NCBI GenBank assembly: GCA_002633005.1
Contig: NMRA01000165.1
Span: 62,518-126,517, forward strand
DNA: 64,000 bases
Direction: 5' to 3'
Origin: Phoronis australis
Lineage: Eukaryota; Animalia; Phoronida
The notes under the pieces are model-generated. The model did no database searches. It had not been told where the DNA came from and saw only the letters and a program-made list of their open reading frames with translations. Shown here piece by piece: positions 26,313 to 38,699 of the stretch. A program made the position numbers and the translations under genes. Each line of letters opens with the position of its first letter. Within the stretch, counting starts at the first letter, position 1.

Positions 26313-27272
26313 ATGGCGTGCCCCTCAGTTCGCCTTCATAGCGGTTACAGCATCCCAGCTGTAGGACTCGGAACGTCCCGTAATACGTCCGAGGAGATTC
26401 AGAGAGCTGTGTACCTCGCACTTCAGCTTGGATACAGACACTTGGACACGGCGCACGTTTATCAAAATGGCGTTACTGTGGGCGCCGGGTTACGGACCGC
26501 TATTAGAGATGGCATTGTACGGAGAGACGAAGTGTTCATTACAGGCAAATTGTGGAATACTTTTCACAGATATAATGATGTAAAGGTTGGACTGCAGAAG
26601 GATCTTGATGAGATCGGAGTGGATTACTTCGATCTCTATCTCATACATTTCCCTATTGCGTTTGAGCGACTCGAGTCAGACGTGGGGAGCCCCGTGGATT
26701 CTCATGGCAATGTACTGACCACAGACGTTGAGTTCACTGAGACCTGGGCGGCCCTGGAACAATGTGTCCGCGAGGGCTTGGTACGATCCATAGGTCTATC
26801 TAACTTCAGTATTAGCCAGATTCAGCAAGTTTTAGACATGTGTACAATTCAGCCAGCTGTGTTGCAGTGCGAGGCGCATCCGTTTCTGCAGCAGACAGAA
26901 CTTGTCAATTTTTGCAAGACACGCAAAATTGTCTTCACCGCCTACGCTCCCCTAGTCTCACCAGAGCGCATTAAGACACACGGCGTAGTCGGCCCGAGTG
27001 TATTTGACGACCCTGTACTGGCTGAATTGTCTCACAAGTACAAGAAGACAGTGGCACAGTTTGTACTCAAGTGGCTCATTCAACGTGGAATCACCGTCAT
27101 ACCGAAAAGTGTCACTCCGAGTAGAATTGAAGAAAATTTTAATCTGTTTGATTTTGAAATATCGAACGAAGATATGGAGCGGGTAACTCAACTTGATGCC
27201 GGATTTCGAGCTGTCAATTTTCGTAATTTTCCGTCAGTTGCAAAGCATAAATTCAACCCGTTTAATGAATGA
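26313..27272 (+). CDS. Aldo-keto reductase (AKR1-like), intronless, copy 1, 319 aa
   Basis: IPAVGLGT, GYRHLDTAHVY, KLWNT, DLYLIHFP, RSIGLSNF and VIPKSVTPSRIEEN motifs. The Asp-Tyr-Lys-His tetrad is intact and the ORF is uninterrupted. Confidence 0.96.
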   Translation: MACPSVRLHSGYSIPAVGLGTSRNTSEEIQRAVYLALQLGYRHLDTAHVYQNGVTVGAGLRTAIRDGIVRRDEVFITGKLWNTFHRYNDVKVGLQKDLDEIGVDYFDLYLIHFPIAFERLESDVGSPVDSHGNVLTTDVEFTETWAALEQCVREGLVRSIGLSNFSISQIQQVLDMCTIQPAVLQCEAHPFLQQTELVNFCKTRKIVFTAYAPLVSPERIKTHGVVGPSVFDDPVLAELSHKYKKTVAQFVLKWLIQRGITVIPKSVTPSRIEENFNLFDFEISNEDMERVTQLDAGFRAVNFRNFPSVAKHKFNPFNE

Positions 27273-28134
27273 CTTGGTAAAAGTCAAAACTTTCGGAGCG
27301 TTCACTAGGAGAAAATGTTGCCGGCCGTTTAGCACACATACGTGTGCAACTCGCCCTGTTTAGCCTGCTAAAAACAACGAGCCTTACTCTCTTAAAATTG
27401 ATCTCGCAAGCCTCAACACTGGAATGAATGAATCACGATGACTTGGTATCGGTATATGGGTGCTAGAGTGCAACGATCTTACATAGTGAGCGTTATCACG
27501 GCATTGTGGCATGAACCTCGCACTTGGGCTTACGCTTTGCATTCAATGACGCATTTTTATGCATGTCTCAAGGAAAAGCTAAGAAGTTTTGAACTGTAAA
27601 CACTGGTCCATGCAGCCTTGGCAATATTTTCATTGGCTCATAAGTATGGTTTGTGAAACATTTTAACTCATGAAATTCCGGAGTATAACACGAAAATACA
27701 TGATTATGACTCATTGGTGTACCAACTGAGAAATTAAATAATGGAATAACGTGTCAAGTAGTCCGAAGACATGTAGCTTTAATTTGTTGACGACTACAAG
27801 AAGAACTCAGTGAACTATCTGGATGATTGTACTTGTGATTGCAATGTGCCTGAGAAATTGCTTCTAATGATTTCTATTAGCATTATGTGCAGTCTTGTCG
27901 AATGGGTTATGTTTGAAGTTCTTATTATGTAATCACTGTTTTTGAAGGTGTTGCTATACCTTTATAGTAGTTAGGCTGTATAATCATAAGAATAGAATTG
28001 TTACTATACTTGATTGCCTTTTAGGTCGTATCTCAAGTTTCATGCACTCGTTATACATCTGAATATATTGTGGAATTGTCGATTACTAGCTCCATGATGA
28101 GGCTGTTCCATTACTACTACATATGTTTATGTTA

Positions 28135-28140
28135 AATAAA
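28135..28140 (+). terminator. Candidate polyadenylation signal of AKR copy 1
   Basis: AATAAA followed by a T-rich tract, conserved in copy 2 (~46899). Confidence 0.4.
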
Positions 28141-29748
28141 TATTTTTTCTCTTAGGTCTACTTGTCGCAGGTTAGTGACCTGTCGCTGCGCACTGAATCA
28201 AATCACTTGCACCATGCTCGTCTTAATAAGTTTACACTACTTTAGTAAACAGAACTTTTTTCATGGAGTAAATTGGATTTTAGGAACTAGATGGCCACCA
28301 TTTCCAAAAGAGTCCTTTGGTAGAGAACCACATGTAGTTGAGCCAGTTGGGCTCGGCGTTCTAGGTTAAGGTTATGTTGGACCCGAGATAAGTGTTGAAC
28401 TTGGTTACTTCATATATCAGATATAGTTGTTTGCATTCATAACAAACTTTCATATAATACTACATGCTTTACACACGTTTCTGCCCAAAACGCTCATCCA
28501 CTTTTGCAAAGGGGCTATGAATGTAAGATGAATTTTATGATTTTTTCTGAAAAACCAAAGGTTACACAATATAAAAAGAAATAATTTAGAATACTGTGAC
28601 AGCGCGTACGAGATTTCATCTAGAAAATTGAGTTAAAGTGAATTTTGGTCAGCATCTCATTGTTTTACAAGAATGCACTTTTGTCTTTTCTCTTTTTTGC
28701 TAATTTTGAATATGATCCAATCAATGACAGATTGGCATAAAGTAATATACAGACTTTTTACTTCCAGAAAATAATATTCTTTTACTGAGTTGTGTTCGCA
28801 CATGTAGCATATAGTTTTGTACATGTTCGGCTGAAAACACAGACTTGTATAGAAGGTCTTACAAAACTTTTCCTAGGAAGAATTAGGAGTTCTAAACTAG
28901 GAGCAGGGTTAGCCAGGGCCTCAACTAAAACTGGGAGGCCCTACCTATACTCCAATACCACGACCAGTGCTGGGTACGAAACTTTCTTTTCAATGCTGTA
29001 GTCCGAAGCGTAACGTCATAATTTGGTGGACTCCTGATTACGGTAGAGTCGTATCCCCAATAAGAAAGAACGAGACTTAACACCAGTGGTCAAAAAGGGG
29101 GGCGATATGGGCCCTCGCCCGCAGTCGATAAAAACCTTGCGGGGGTCTGTGACATTTCAGGGGGTGGATGTCACTCAGAAATGGAAAGCACAAGCATTGA
29201 ACCGGACCTGTAAGAGGAACATATTGATGTGTGCTGACCTGGGGGTGAAATCGCTGCTTGGTGTCAAGTCTTGTCGACTTCTGGACCATTGTGAATACCG
29301 TGACTTTCCACTGCAGTCCAGCCATTTCTGCAGGTGTTTCCCTACGTGGTGATGTGGGAGTCACTCGATCAATATTTCATCGAAACTAACTAAACATGGA
29401 GGAGCGTGGTGACTCCAGACTGAAAACCGGCAAATCCTCAGGCAAATAACTATGCCATCTATAGTGGCCATTAGGGGCATCCTTCTCACTGACTTATGCT
29501 TGAATTAAAGTTGTATGTGAAGCAGACATTATTATTCTTACTGCAACTGAAACCAGGGGTCGACAGCAGACAAAAAAAGATCATTAAGGGGTCTACAGTC
29601 AGAAAGTTTGCCTCCACTACACTATAAATCAAAAGGGATACCCATTGCTTTCAACTACAAAAAACAACCAGGCATAAATTATATGTGGTTTTCCCTCAAA
29701 TCCATAAGTGAGGTATTTTTTTTCAGCAAAAATAATCTACTGTACATT

Positions 29749-30557
29749 TGTGGTATATCAATGCGTGTTGTGGCCAACAGATGGCGCGCTCGTGGTAATA
29801 AATAAAAGAATATGCGAATACCTTAACAATAGAATACGTCTATTAATTTGCAACGTTGTGATTTACAAACAATAGATTACATCGAGTTAAGAAACTGACG
29901 ACTGTTCGAATGAAACGATATATCGTTACAGGTGAAAGTATTAATCTACAGTGCCACCAGTTACCCGTAGCTGGGAGTAATATATTGATCCTAGCCCGTA
30001 GCTGCCGCACACGTTAATGAAATACAAGTCGCAACATAAACTGACCCTCTAAAGCAATCACTAGACTGGTTCAAATTGACTAACAGGCTGAGACCAACGC
30101 CTGTATTAAGTGTTTATACCTTGACTCTTCTATTCGACTTCACTAAACTGGTTTTCCTCGCCTTTGCTGTTGGCTCCTCCTAGACATCAGGCCTGGGTCT
30201 GATTCACGGTTTTCGTCTCGGTCTAGCTCTGGTCTGGGTCTTGTTTTCGGTCTGGGTTTTGGTCTGTCTCGGTCTTGGTCTAATTCTCCTTGATAGCCAA
30301 TGTCTTAAATACTGTTCTAGCCGGCAACATATGATGGGCCCATCTCGTGACGGTTAAAGTCCCTGGTCAGAGTATGCACGTGACACTTGCATAACAATTA
30401 ATTAATTTGAATGGAACTTACCCAACAAAATCAAATCAGCTGACTATTGAAACAATTCTTGCATAACACCTGTGACAATCTCTGCTACAGTCAAAGATAT
30501 GATTGCAATGCACTTTTAATTTTCGGAAAGCAGAGGTCCTAGCCTCATTATAGTACA
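29749..30557 (-). repeat. 3' LTR of provirus copy 1 (809 bp)
   Basis: TG...CA ends, adjacent polypurine tract AAAAGGGGGGAG on -, and four homologous LTR copies in the window. Confidence 0.95.
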
Positions 30558-30969
30558 CTCCCCCCTTTTGTTAAGCCGAAAATTTACCAAATAAAAATTT
30601 GGGGAGCTATACCAAGCCTAAACAATGTAAAGGTTTCCTTCAGACGGTCGTTATACAATTGTATATCGAAACAAGTGAATAATAACACAATGGGAGTCGC
30701 CAGTCTCCGGATAATCATTAAAACACGTTAGCAAACGAAATCTCACAACCACTCTAAATTAGTCCGATTAAACGAATATATTGAAATCACACACATATAC
30801 ATTACTAAATCATACCCCGTACCAATCTAACATCATGTTACTATACTTCACGTTAACTAAATATGCCATTCTTCAACTCAGTTAAATCAACTCAAAGTAT
30901 AATTATGCGACACTTTACCTCAAACCAAACTAACTAAGAATATGTAGCACATTACACCTACATAATTAT

Positions 30970-31362
30970 TCATAACTGCAGCGGATGAGTCTGCGGCGTT
31001 TGGAAAAAGTCTGACGCCAACAGACTCTCCGGTACGTCCACCACCACTACAGGCATATGCCTGGTTCTCCCTTGTATTTCTATTTCAAGCGAGAAAATGT
31101 CAACCACGTCTGCCACACACTCCCTTCGGTCATAACGGACTTGGGCATATTGGGCGTCGCTCTACTTTGTTCAACCCCACGACTGTCTGTCGCACGACAG
31201 TCCCTTTAGAGTCTGCTTACCCCCGTATTGCACGCTCGCAAAATCTGCTAGCGACAACACAGTGGCGTCCGCCGTAGGGTCGACGCGGAAGACGATCCAT
31301 TGCCCTTCCACTGTTGCATCTAAACGGACAGCTGGTAACGTTTTGTACATCGGTTCGGGCAT
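30970..31362 (-). pseudogene. Fourth ORF: retropepsin-like protein downstream of env (two in-frame stops)
   Basis: One frame reads MPEP...TVEGQWIVFRVDPTADATVLS...WG*TK*SDAQ...FSLEIEIQGRTRHMPVVVVDVPESLLASDFF, preceded by TTTTGCAG|AAAAAAAATG. Confidence 0.6.
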
Positions 31363-31628
31363 TTTTTTTCTGCAAAAGCTTCCTAAGTTCCTTTAGATAT
31401 CGAAATAATTGTCAATGTTAATAACCACCACCTTTCAGCCAACCACCCAGTATACTGTAGTCTCTAGTGCGAGGGTTGGTAGAATTACCAGTAATTGTCC
31501 GAAGTCACACGGAGGTTTCTTCCAGGCCGTCTTCGGTTGCCAGATCCAAGTCAGGCTACATGCGTCGGATCAGTCGCTTCATCTCGATTGGCTTGCCATT
31601 CAGCTGAGCCGCTTTGGCGATGTGGTCG

Positions 31629-33496
31629 TCAGCACTGGGTTTCTCCCCAGCCAGTGACGTCTGTCGCCGGGGCATCGTTCGGCGCGAGCGCGTGTGCAAA
31701 CGCCGGCGGTGCACCGGCAACTGGGCGCCTATCACTGGTTAACACAGGCTGATACTGTTTGAGCATGGCACGTGCAATTTGTTTACGTCTTAAGAAAACA
31801 ATTAACCCCAAAGTCAAGACCAATGCTGCTATTCCTAGAGCGATATATAACCAAAATTCATTATCAGGGGTCCATGGTTTCGGGATATCTAAGTCACGTA
31901 AATCAGTGACTAGATTGTCTAACGGAATATCAGGTAAATGAGCGAGGCGTGGCGGTATTTTCACCCTCACGTGTTTAGGAAAAGCGACTATATAAGGAGA
32001 CCACATTATGAAGGATTCCTTCCGGATTCTCAAAACTCGAGCACTGAAACTATCTGGATGCTCGAATCTAGACTCTCTGTGAAAAGTTCCCAGGATAGTC
32101 ATAGTTGGGTGCGTGGCCTGGCACCCGTAATCAAAGTGTATCAAGTTTACCCCCAGTGTCCACCGTAATCGACTTGGTGTTAGTGCGGCTGTGGTTGCAC
32201 AGAAGGGAAAATCTTGTATTCTCGGTACTTACTAAAACGTACCAGCCAGATTTCAGGTATATGGCCATTGGTAAAGCCGTGTTCGTTCTAATGAAAACGC
32301 GGCAGAACATTTTGATAGCATCGTCAAACTTCATAAACAGCTCCACCACACAATCTTTGTTCGAATTGGCCGGGCGTAACGGTTGTGACGAGCACGTCTC
32401 CATATTGGCGTAATCCAATAAAGCGTAGGACGTTCGTTCTGGGTTTATGGTTAACGCCTTCGCTTCCAATGAATACTTGGCTAAAATGTGAGAAAGGTTG
32501 GAATAAGGGAAGAGAGCCGGCAGATTATGAATTTGAAATAATTCCATCCGTGCGTAAGATTCATTCAACGATATTCGAAAAGTGACCAAAATTAGTCCAT
32601 TTTCCCACGCAGTATGACAAGGGAGAGATTTATAGTATTGGAACAACTCTGTGTCCGGATCAAAAGGGAATTTTAAGTGGCGTGAAATGTTAGTTCGTAT
32701 ATCATTAAATATTTTGCGTAATGCTTCCGGCTGAACCACCGCTGGAGTGACTTGCCCCAGGGACACTATTCCTATTTGACTTTCGATGTGAGCTAAATAG
32801 CCCAAGGCTTTTTGTGCTGCCAATTCCAAGTGGTTTCAAGACAGATAAATTCTGTATTTCGTCGTGCAGCATATCAGTCACGTTATTAAGACGCTGCTCT
32901 ATTTCATGAGTTGAAAGGATTAAGTTCTTCAGGGTTTCCCGGTTTCTGTTTACTTCGGTTCTACTGGCTTTCATTACAGTTACCCATTTCAAGGCGTTAC
33001 TAACGATTCATTTTTGAATCCTTACTATCATATCGATTGTTTCCCTAATAGCGTTGATATCTTCGTCAGTGGCTGTACCGAAACTGAAAAGCCAATGACT
33101 GATTTTTCCTATAAACGATAAAACGTTCCGTTTGCTTCTGTCACCGCGAGATTGGGCTAAAGCGTTATAGCCATCTAACAACTGGTCTATAGCTTCTTTC
33201 GTAAATCTGATATCGTCAAGTTGTTTTTTCAGTCGGGTGCAATACCCCATGAAATTAGGATCTTTGGGATCAGCGTACATTTTCCTCACTTGAGTGTGCG
33301 CATAGTAAGCACGTTCAATGTCCTGTGAGAACTGAGACATGAAGTTAGAAAATTCGCTGAGGTCAATGAAACTCGTCACCCACCAGTGTCCCCATGAACT
33401 ATAGAATAAATTAATTTTCTCGAAAACTACCCCATATTTTACAACGACGCATTGCACGATACCAGCCAATAATAGTACACCCGTCAAACGTTGCAT
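31629..33496 (-). pseudogene. env: F-type (errantivirus / baculovirus-F-like) envelope, copy 1, frameshifted
   Basis: Signal peptide MQRLTGVLLLAGIVQC, furin site RSKR, fusion peptide with FGTATDED, cysteine-rich ectodomain and TM FWLYIALGIAALVLTLGLIVFL-RRK. Split over four ORF pieces. Confidence 0.9.
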
Positions 33497-33742
33497 TTTA
33501 TCTGAAACAGCAATAAATCACTGAGTTAACATTAACTCGCTACTTATACTACTTAAGCAACTCGCTACTTGTACTACTTAAATTGACGAGAACTGACTCG
33601 GATACCCTTAGATCAGATACGTTACATATGAGTACCCATGGCTAAATCTCGTTTGAGTTACCAATCCCGTCCTTACTATTCAAATATAAGTGTGCTAAAT
33701 TATCTCAGTGGTTCTACTGAAATACTACTAAAGAGTTAGGTC

Positions 33743-36700
33743 CTATCGACCATCCTTAAATGTTTCTAACATCATGCGGCATAAATTTAGGTAGTCCGCT
33801 GAGGGAGTTTTGGTCGTTTTTCTGCACTTTCGGCCTATCCTTCGGTCCAAGCGCGAGACGACGTTCACGTCCATGGCGTCGTCATCCTGGAGTGGTTCCA
33901 CCGCGACGTCTGCATCCATCTCCTCTGACGGCATAGAGTGTTTGTCGTTTGGTTCTGAGAGGTCCGTCATCGGATCCGACTCAGCCGAGGCTTCGGATAC
34001 GTCGTCTTCTGACGATGGGATCACCTCATCATTCATCTGAGGTGCTGGCTTCGTCTGAGCCAACGTCTTCACTTGCCCCCTCTGTTGGAGCCTTTTTCAG
34101 AGTTCCGCTAAGGGTACATCAGAGTCATCGGAAGATGAGTCCCTCTTCATTTGGCGGAAATGGTCCTGTAGACCTTCGTGTGGAGCGGCTTCTGCTTCGT
34201 CGTCAGACATGTCACTGTCTTCGCTTGAACTGGGTGGAACGGCGTAGCGTGCCCTCCTCATCTGGGGGTAGTCGTCGTCCTTCATCTTCCAATGATCGAC
34301 TTGTGCACGTCTCAGGTTGTCTATGTGCGACTGTCTAGTATGTGTCAGTGACTTGGTAACCGTTCCGTCCAACTGGTTCCTGATGACGTACGTCTTGTCG
34401 GACAGTCGTTCCAAGATGCGCCAATAACCGGTCCATCTGGGGTCTAGTTTGCTGGTTTTAGAATTATTTTTGAGGTAAACAGGATCTCCAACTTCTAATT
34501 CAACTAAAACTATACCCTTTTTCTCCACTGCTAATCTTTTGTTCTGATGGTGCTTTATCATCCGATAAACTGTCCTAAAAACTCTACATGTATGTTGGTT
34601 TTGTAAGATAATCTTATGTTCGTCCTCGCCCACGTATTTAGCAAGTGGCCGCATTATGTTATGCACAGGAAGTTTAGGGTTTCTACCAAACATAAGAAAA
34701 TAACTGCTACACCCAGTATACTTGGTATGAAAATTCAAACATGACTCTGCTTGACTGAGATAAACATCCAATTGTTCCGGATTTTCACGGCATAATTTGC
34801 TCACAACGTCACCAAATACTTTTTGTGCTCGTTCAACTCGGCCATTTGCTTTTGAATTGTAAAAGCTGGTTGTAACATGCCGAATGTTAAATGATTCCAT
34901 TACGTCTTTCATGGTTTTGTTTATAAATTCGGAGCCAGTTGTCTGAGATCAAAATGTTCATTATACCAAATCTACAAAAGGTATCAGTGGTTAGGATTCG
35001 TGCGATTGTGGCGGCACTCTTATCCGGCATCGGATACAACAACGTATAATTTGAAAACCAATCAGTCAGAGTCAAAATATGTCGATTACCACTGGGTGAT
35101 GGTTTTATAGGGCCAACACAATCTATCGCTACCTGTTGCCAAGGGCCGTTCACAACATTGGACGCCCCTAGCGGAGATTTAACTGCTCTCAGATTTCGTT
35201 CCTGGCATGTAACGCATTCTGAACCATACTTCTCAATGTCTTTAAACATTCTAGGCCAGAAATAACTATTTCTAGACGATTGATAGGTTCTATCTATCCC
35301 TGCATGTTCTAGGTGATCATGATATTGTTTGATGACTAGCGACTGTAAATGTTCGGGAACATACAGACGAGTCTTAACGTCGCCATAATCATCGAAAACA
35401 TAATATAAGACATTTTCTTTCAGTGAAGACTTATTTCCAATTCTTTTCCTAGGCTTGGGAGACGATAGTTCATCGATTATTGTTCTGCACTCTTGATCCT
35501 TGTTTTGTTCCTCTTCCATATTTAATTTCAACTTAGGCATTTGTCATTCAGAGGTAAGATCAGGTATAGGAGGATCGACTCTCCATTTCGTGCGATTTAG
35601 GATCTACTCTGCTGTCATCTACTACGTTAATCTGTGCTACTGGAGCCTGAACCTCGAAAGTCCTATCGTCTATATCTAACGTTTCCTCGTCAACTGCATT
35701 ATCATCGTTAGAAGGCGCTCTGCTCAGCAAGTCAGCCATCGTATTGTCCTTCCCAGGGATATGTTTGATTTCAACGTCATAAGCCGAAATGAGTACCGAC
35801 CATTGCGCCACTTTCTTATTTTGAATATCGCTTTTGAGCAAATAGATGAAGGGTATGTGATCCGTGAAAAGTGTGATTTTGGAAATGTAAATGTAATGTT
35901 CGAATTTCTTAAGAGCCATCAACACTGCGAAACATTCCTTTTCAATGGTTGCCCCGCATTTCTGTGTGTCAGTCAGTTTTAGCGACATAAAATAGATGGG
36001 TTTTTCAACAGCTTCGTCTGGACACTTTTGTACCAAACAAGCTCCAATTCCAAAATCACTCGCGTCTGTGTATACATGTATAGTGTAACTCAATTTGGGA
36101 TCGGGATAATTTAGCATTGGAACTACGGAAAGATGTTCCTTGATAAATTGGAAAGCTTGTTCGCATTCAGGGGTCCATTTAAATCTGGCATATTTCTTTG
36201 TGAGTTCAGTCAATGGGGTCATAATGGCCGCTAAATTAGGAATAAACCTTCGATAGTATGACAGGATTCCTTGCAGTACCCTTACTTCTTTTACCGTGGC
36301 TGGTCGTTTCATTGATCTTATAGCCGAAATTTTGGCTTGGTCCGGGCGGATCCCTTCTTTATCCTGATCTACTATGAAGCCCAGATAGCTCGTTTCAGGC
36401 TTGAGAAACTGACATTTGGACAATTTTAACTCAAACTGTGTTCTCTGAGGCGTTGGAAAACAATTTTCAAGTGCTCAAGGTGTTCGGTAACACTTTTGCT
36501 GTAAATAATACAGTCATCGATATAGGCTCGAGGAAAAGGGAGTCCCTCTAAAACAATTGACATGAGTTCCTGGAAGAAACTGGGACTGTTACAAAGTCCG
36601 AATGGCATCATCTGAAATTGGTAAAGATTGTGACCCGTTGAAAACCCTGGGCAAAAGGCTGTCTTTTCCTTGTCATTAGGGTGCATTTGAATCTACCAAA

Positions 36701-37568
36701 AACCACTACATAAATCTAATGAGCTGTAAGTGCAAGAGCTTCTGAGATCGTTCAGTATGTCATCAATTTTAGGTAGGAAGAATGAATAACCTTTAGTTAC
36801 ACTGTTCAATTTTCTATAATCTACACAAAACCTTACGCTATCATCTTTCTTGGTTACTAATACTATAGGTAAGCAAAAGTTGGATCTAGAAGGTTCTATA
36901 TTTTTTGCCAAAAGCATTTCATCCACCGCTTCTTTGGCTATTTGCTGTTTCGCTATCGGAAGCCGATAAGGCCTCTGCTTGACAATCGTGCCGTCCGGCA
37001 CGTCTATGCGCATTTGTACCGTGTTCGTTTTCCCTAGGTCGAGGTCTCTTGCCGCGAAAACATCGCTATTCTGTTTTAATAATTCCTTCACTTAGTTACC
37101 ATACTCATCAGGTGTATCAATTTCAGATAGGTCTAACATTTGTTTACTAATCGACTGGGCTGATGCTGGTTTATCTAATACATTCACAATGTTTGCGTTA
37201 CGTACATGTAACTCTTCAACCTGGCCTACTGCAACTCCTCGTTTTATCTTGACATACCGGCCAGAATTGTTGATCATCTCTACTGGAAATTTACCAGCTT
37301 TGCCTGGCTTTATTATTGCATTGGAAATGGACAAGCCAGGTTTAGAATTTAGGGATTCCGGTCGTCAAAGGTGAAACTTGGAATATTTGCCGTTTGTGGC
37401 TACCTCTGGCTGTGCAAAATCTGGCACGACATACCATTTTGGAATTGACAACAATTTCGTTGATTACTCTAACATAAGATTTGACCAGTTAGTCTTGAAT
37501 TAGGAGTGTGTAATTTTTTTTATCCGCAACGTCATCCTGACCCGCGGAAGCTCTCGAGTCAATGCTTA
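33743..37568 (-). pseudogene. pol: pol copy 1 (RT, RNase H, integrase; protease deleted)
   Basis: YIDD, TDASDFGIG, H-H-CC integrase finger, IDCVGP / SDN / GRVER core and an acidic tail, with stops and frameshifts. Confidence 0.93.
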
Positions 37569-38491
37569 TTAGTTTCCCCTGGGGGTTAGCGTCATTTGGT
37601 GTGGTATCAGCAGGGCTTGGGTAGTTAACCGGATTTTGGTTCGTTTGGGTGGCCAAAAATCTTTTAAAACTGAAACAATCTCGTTTCATGTGACCAGGTT
37701 TTTTACAAAAGAAGCATCTGATTGAATTGACTATGGCGTTAACAGTTCTGGGCGCCCGATAGTCTCTCGTTCTATGACCCGTCCTGTTGCAAATTCTGCA
37801 TCTTTGAGGAGGGGATATTTTGTCCTTACGACTGATTTCCCTGTTATCTCCCGGTTTTAAATTCATTCGCGCCCAAAGGTGTATTTCTTGGACAATGACT
37901 TTAAGGGCGTCCTGAGGGTTGTTTCGCCCGTAAGACGTGCTCTCTTATTCTTGCGTCCCGGAGCCCATCCACAAAAAACCCAATTAATTGTTCTTGTAGA
38001 ACATCCAGTGCCGCTTGATCGTCAAATGCTTCGCGTGCCGCAGACAACAGTCGTTCGCCATACATTTGCACGCTTTCGTTTGGTCGTTGCTTAATTGATT
38101 TCAATCGACCGAACGCCAGACTTTTGTTTGTGATAGGGGCAAAACGTAACTTAAGTTCTGCTTTAAACTGCTCATATGTGCATTGTGGGTGGTCTGTCAT
38201 ATAACGTTTAATGAATGCCGAAACTTCACCCCCTCCCCCCCCCCCCGATCTTTGATATGCAATCAAGATCTGCTTTCTGGGGTCCATATTGGGGAAAATG
38301 ACGGCCATCTTTTCTATCTCGCTCACCCACGCTCGAAACCTATGAACATCTCTTGAGAAAACGGGGATATTTCACGCCAGTGACGTCTCACTCATGGAAT
38401 TCATGGCATTGGTAACATCTCTGGTGAAATTACCAGCAAGTCCCGTTAAAAATTCAGCTAAATCTACAGTTTCTTCTTGCTGATGTGCCAT
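37569..38491 (-). pseudogene. gag: gag copy 1
   Basis: QRPNESVQMYGERL, FFVDGLRD and two zinc knuckles (CRICNRTGH, CFFCKKPGHMKRDC); frameshifted. Confidence 0.9.
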
Positions 38492-38699
38492 ACTGCTCAG
38501 TGTTCAGACTATGCTAACTACTACACTACTTAGATATTTCGTCTCGCTCGCGAAAAGTTAAGGTCAGTCTCAAAACTTTAACACCGGGTAGAATCCGGGC
38601 CACGGTACCAAAAAGGACTCGTGTGGTATATCAGTCCGTGTTGCGGCCAACAGATGGGGCGCTCGTGGTAATAAATAAAAGAACATTCGAATACCTTAA

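Noticed and set aside
26958-27191. Antisense and alternate-frame ORFs conserved in both AKR copies
   Set aside because: Their conservation simply reflects the identical DNA tract; they have no recognisable motif.
29749-29758. Similarity of the LTR end TGTGGTATAT to the Crypton-like end TGTGGTATAA
   Set aside because: Only 9 bp. The provirus has a normal integrase and a 4-bp TSD, so this is treated as coincidence.
30190-30285. CRISPR-like or other repeat-spacer array
   Set aside because: These are short degenerate 5-mers without unique spacers. I saw no CRISPR array anywhere in this eukaryotic window.
31162-31220. Intron (GTAAG...AAAGTAG) that would remove the two stops in the fourth ORF
   Set aside because: It is 59 nt, so it would shift the frame, and it lacks a polypyrimidine tract.
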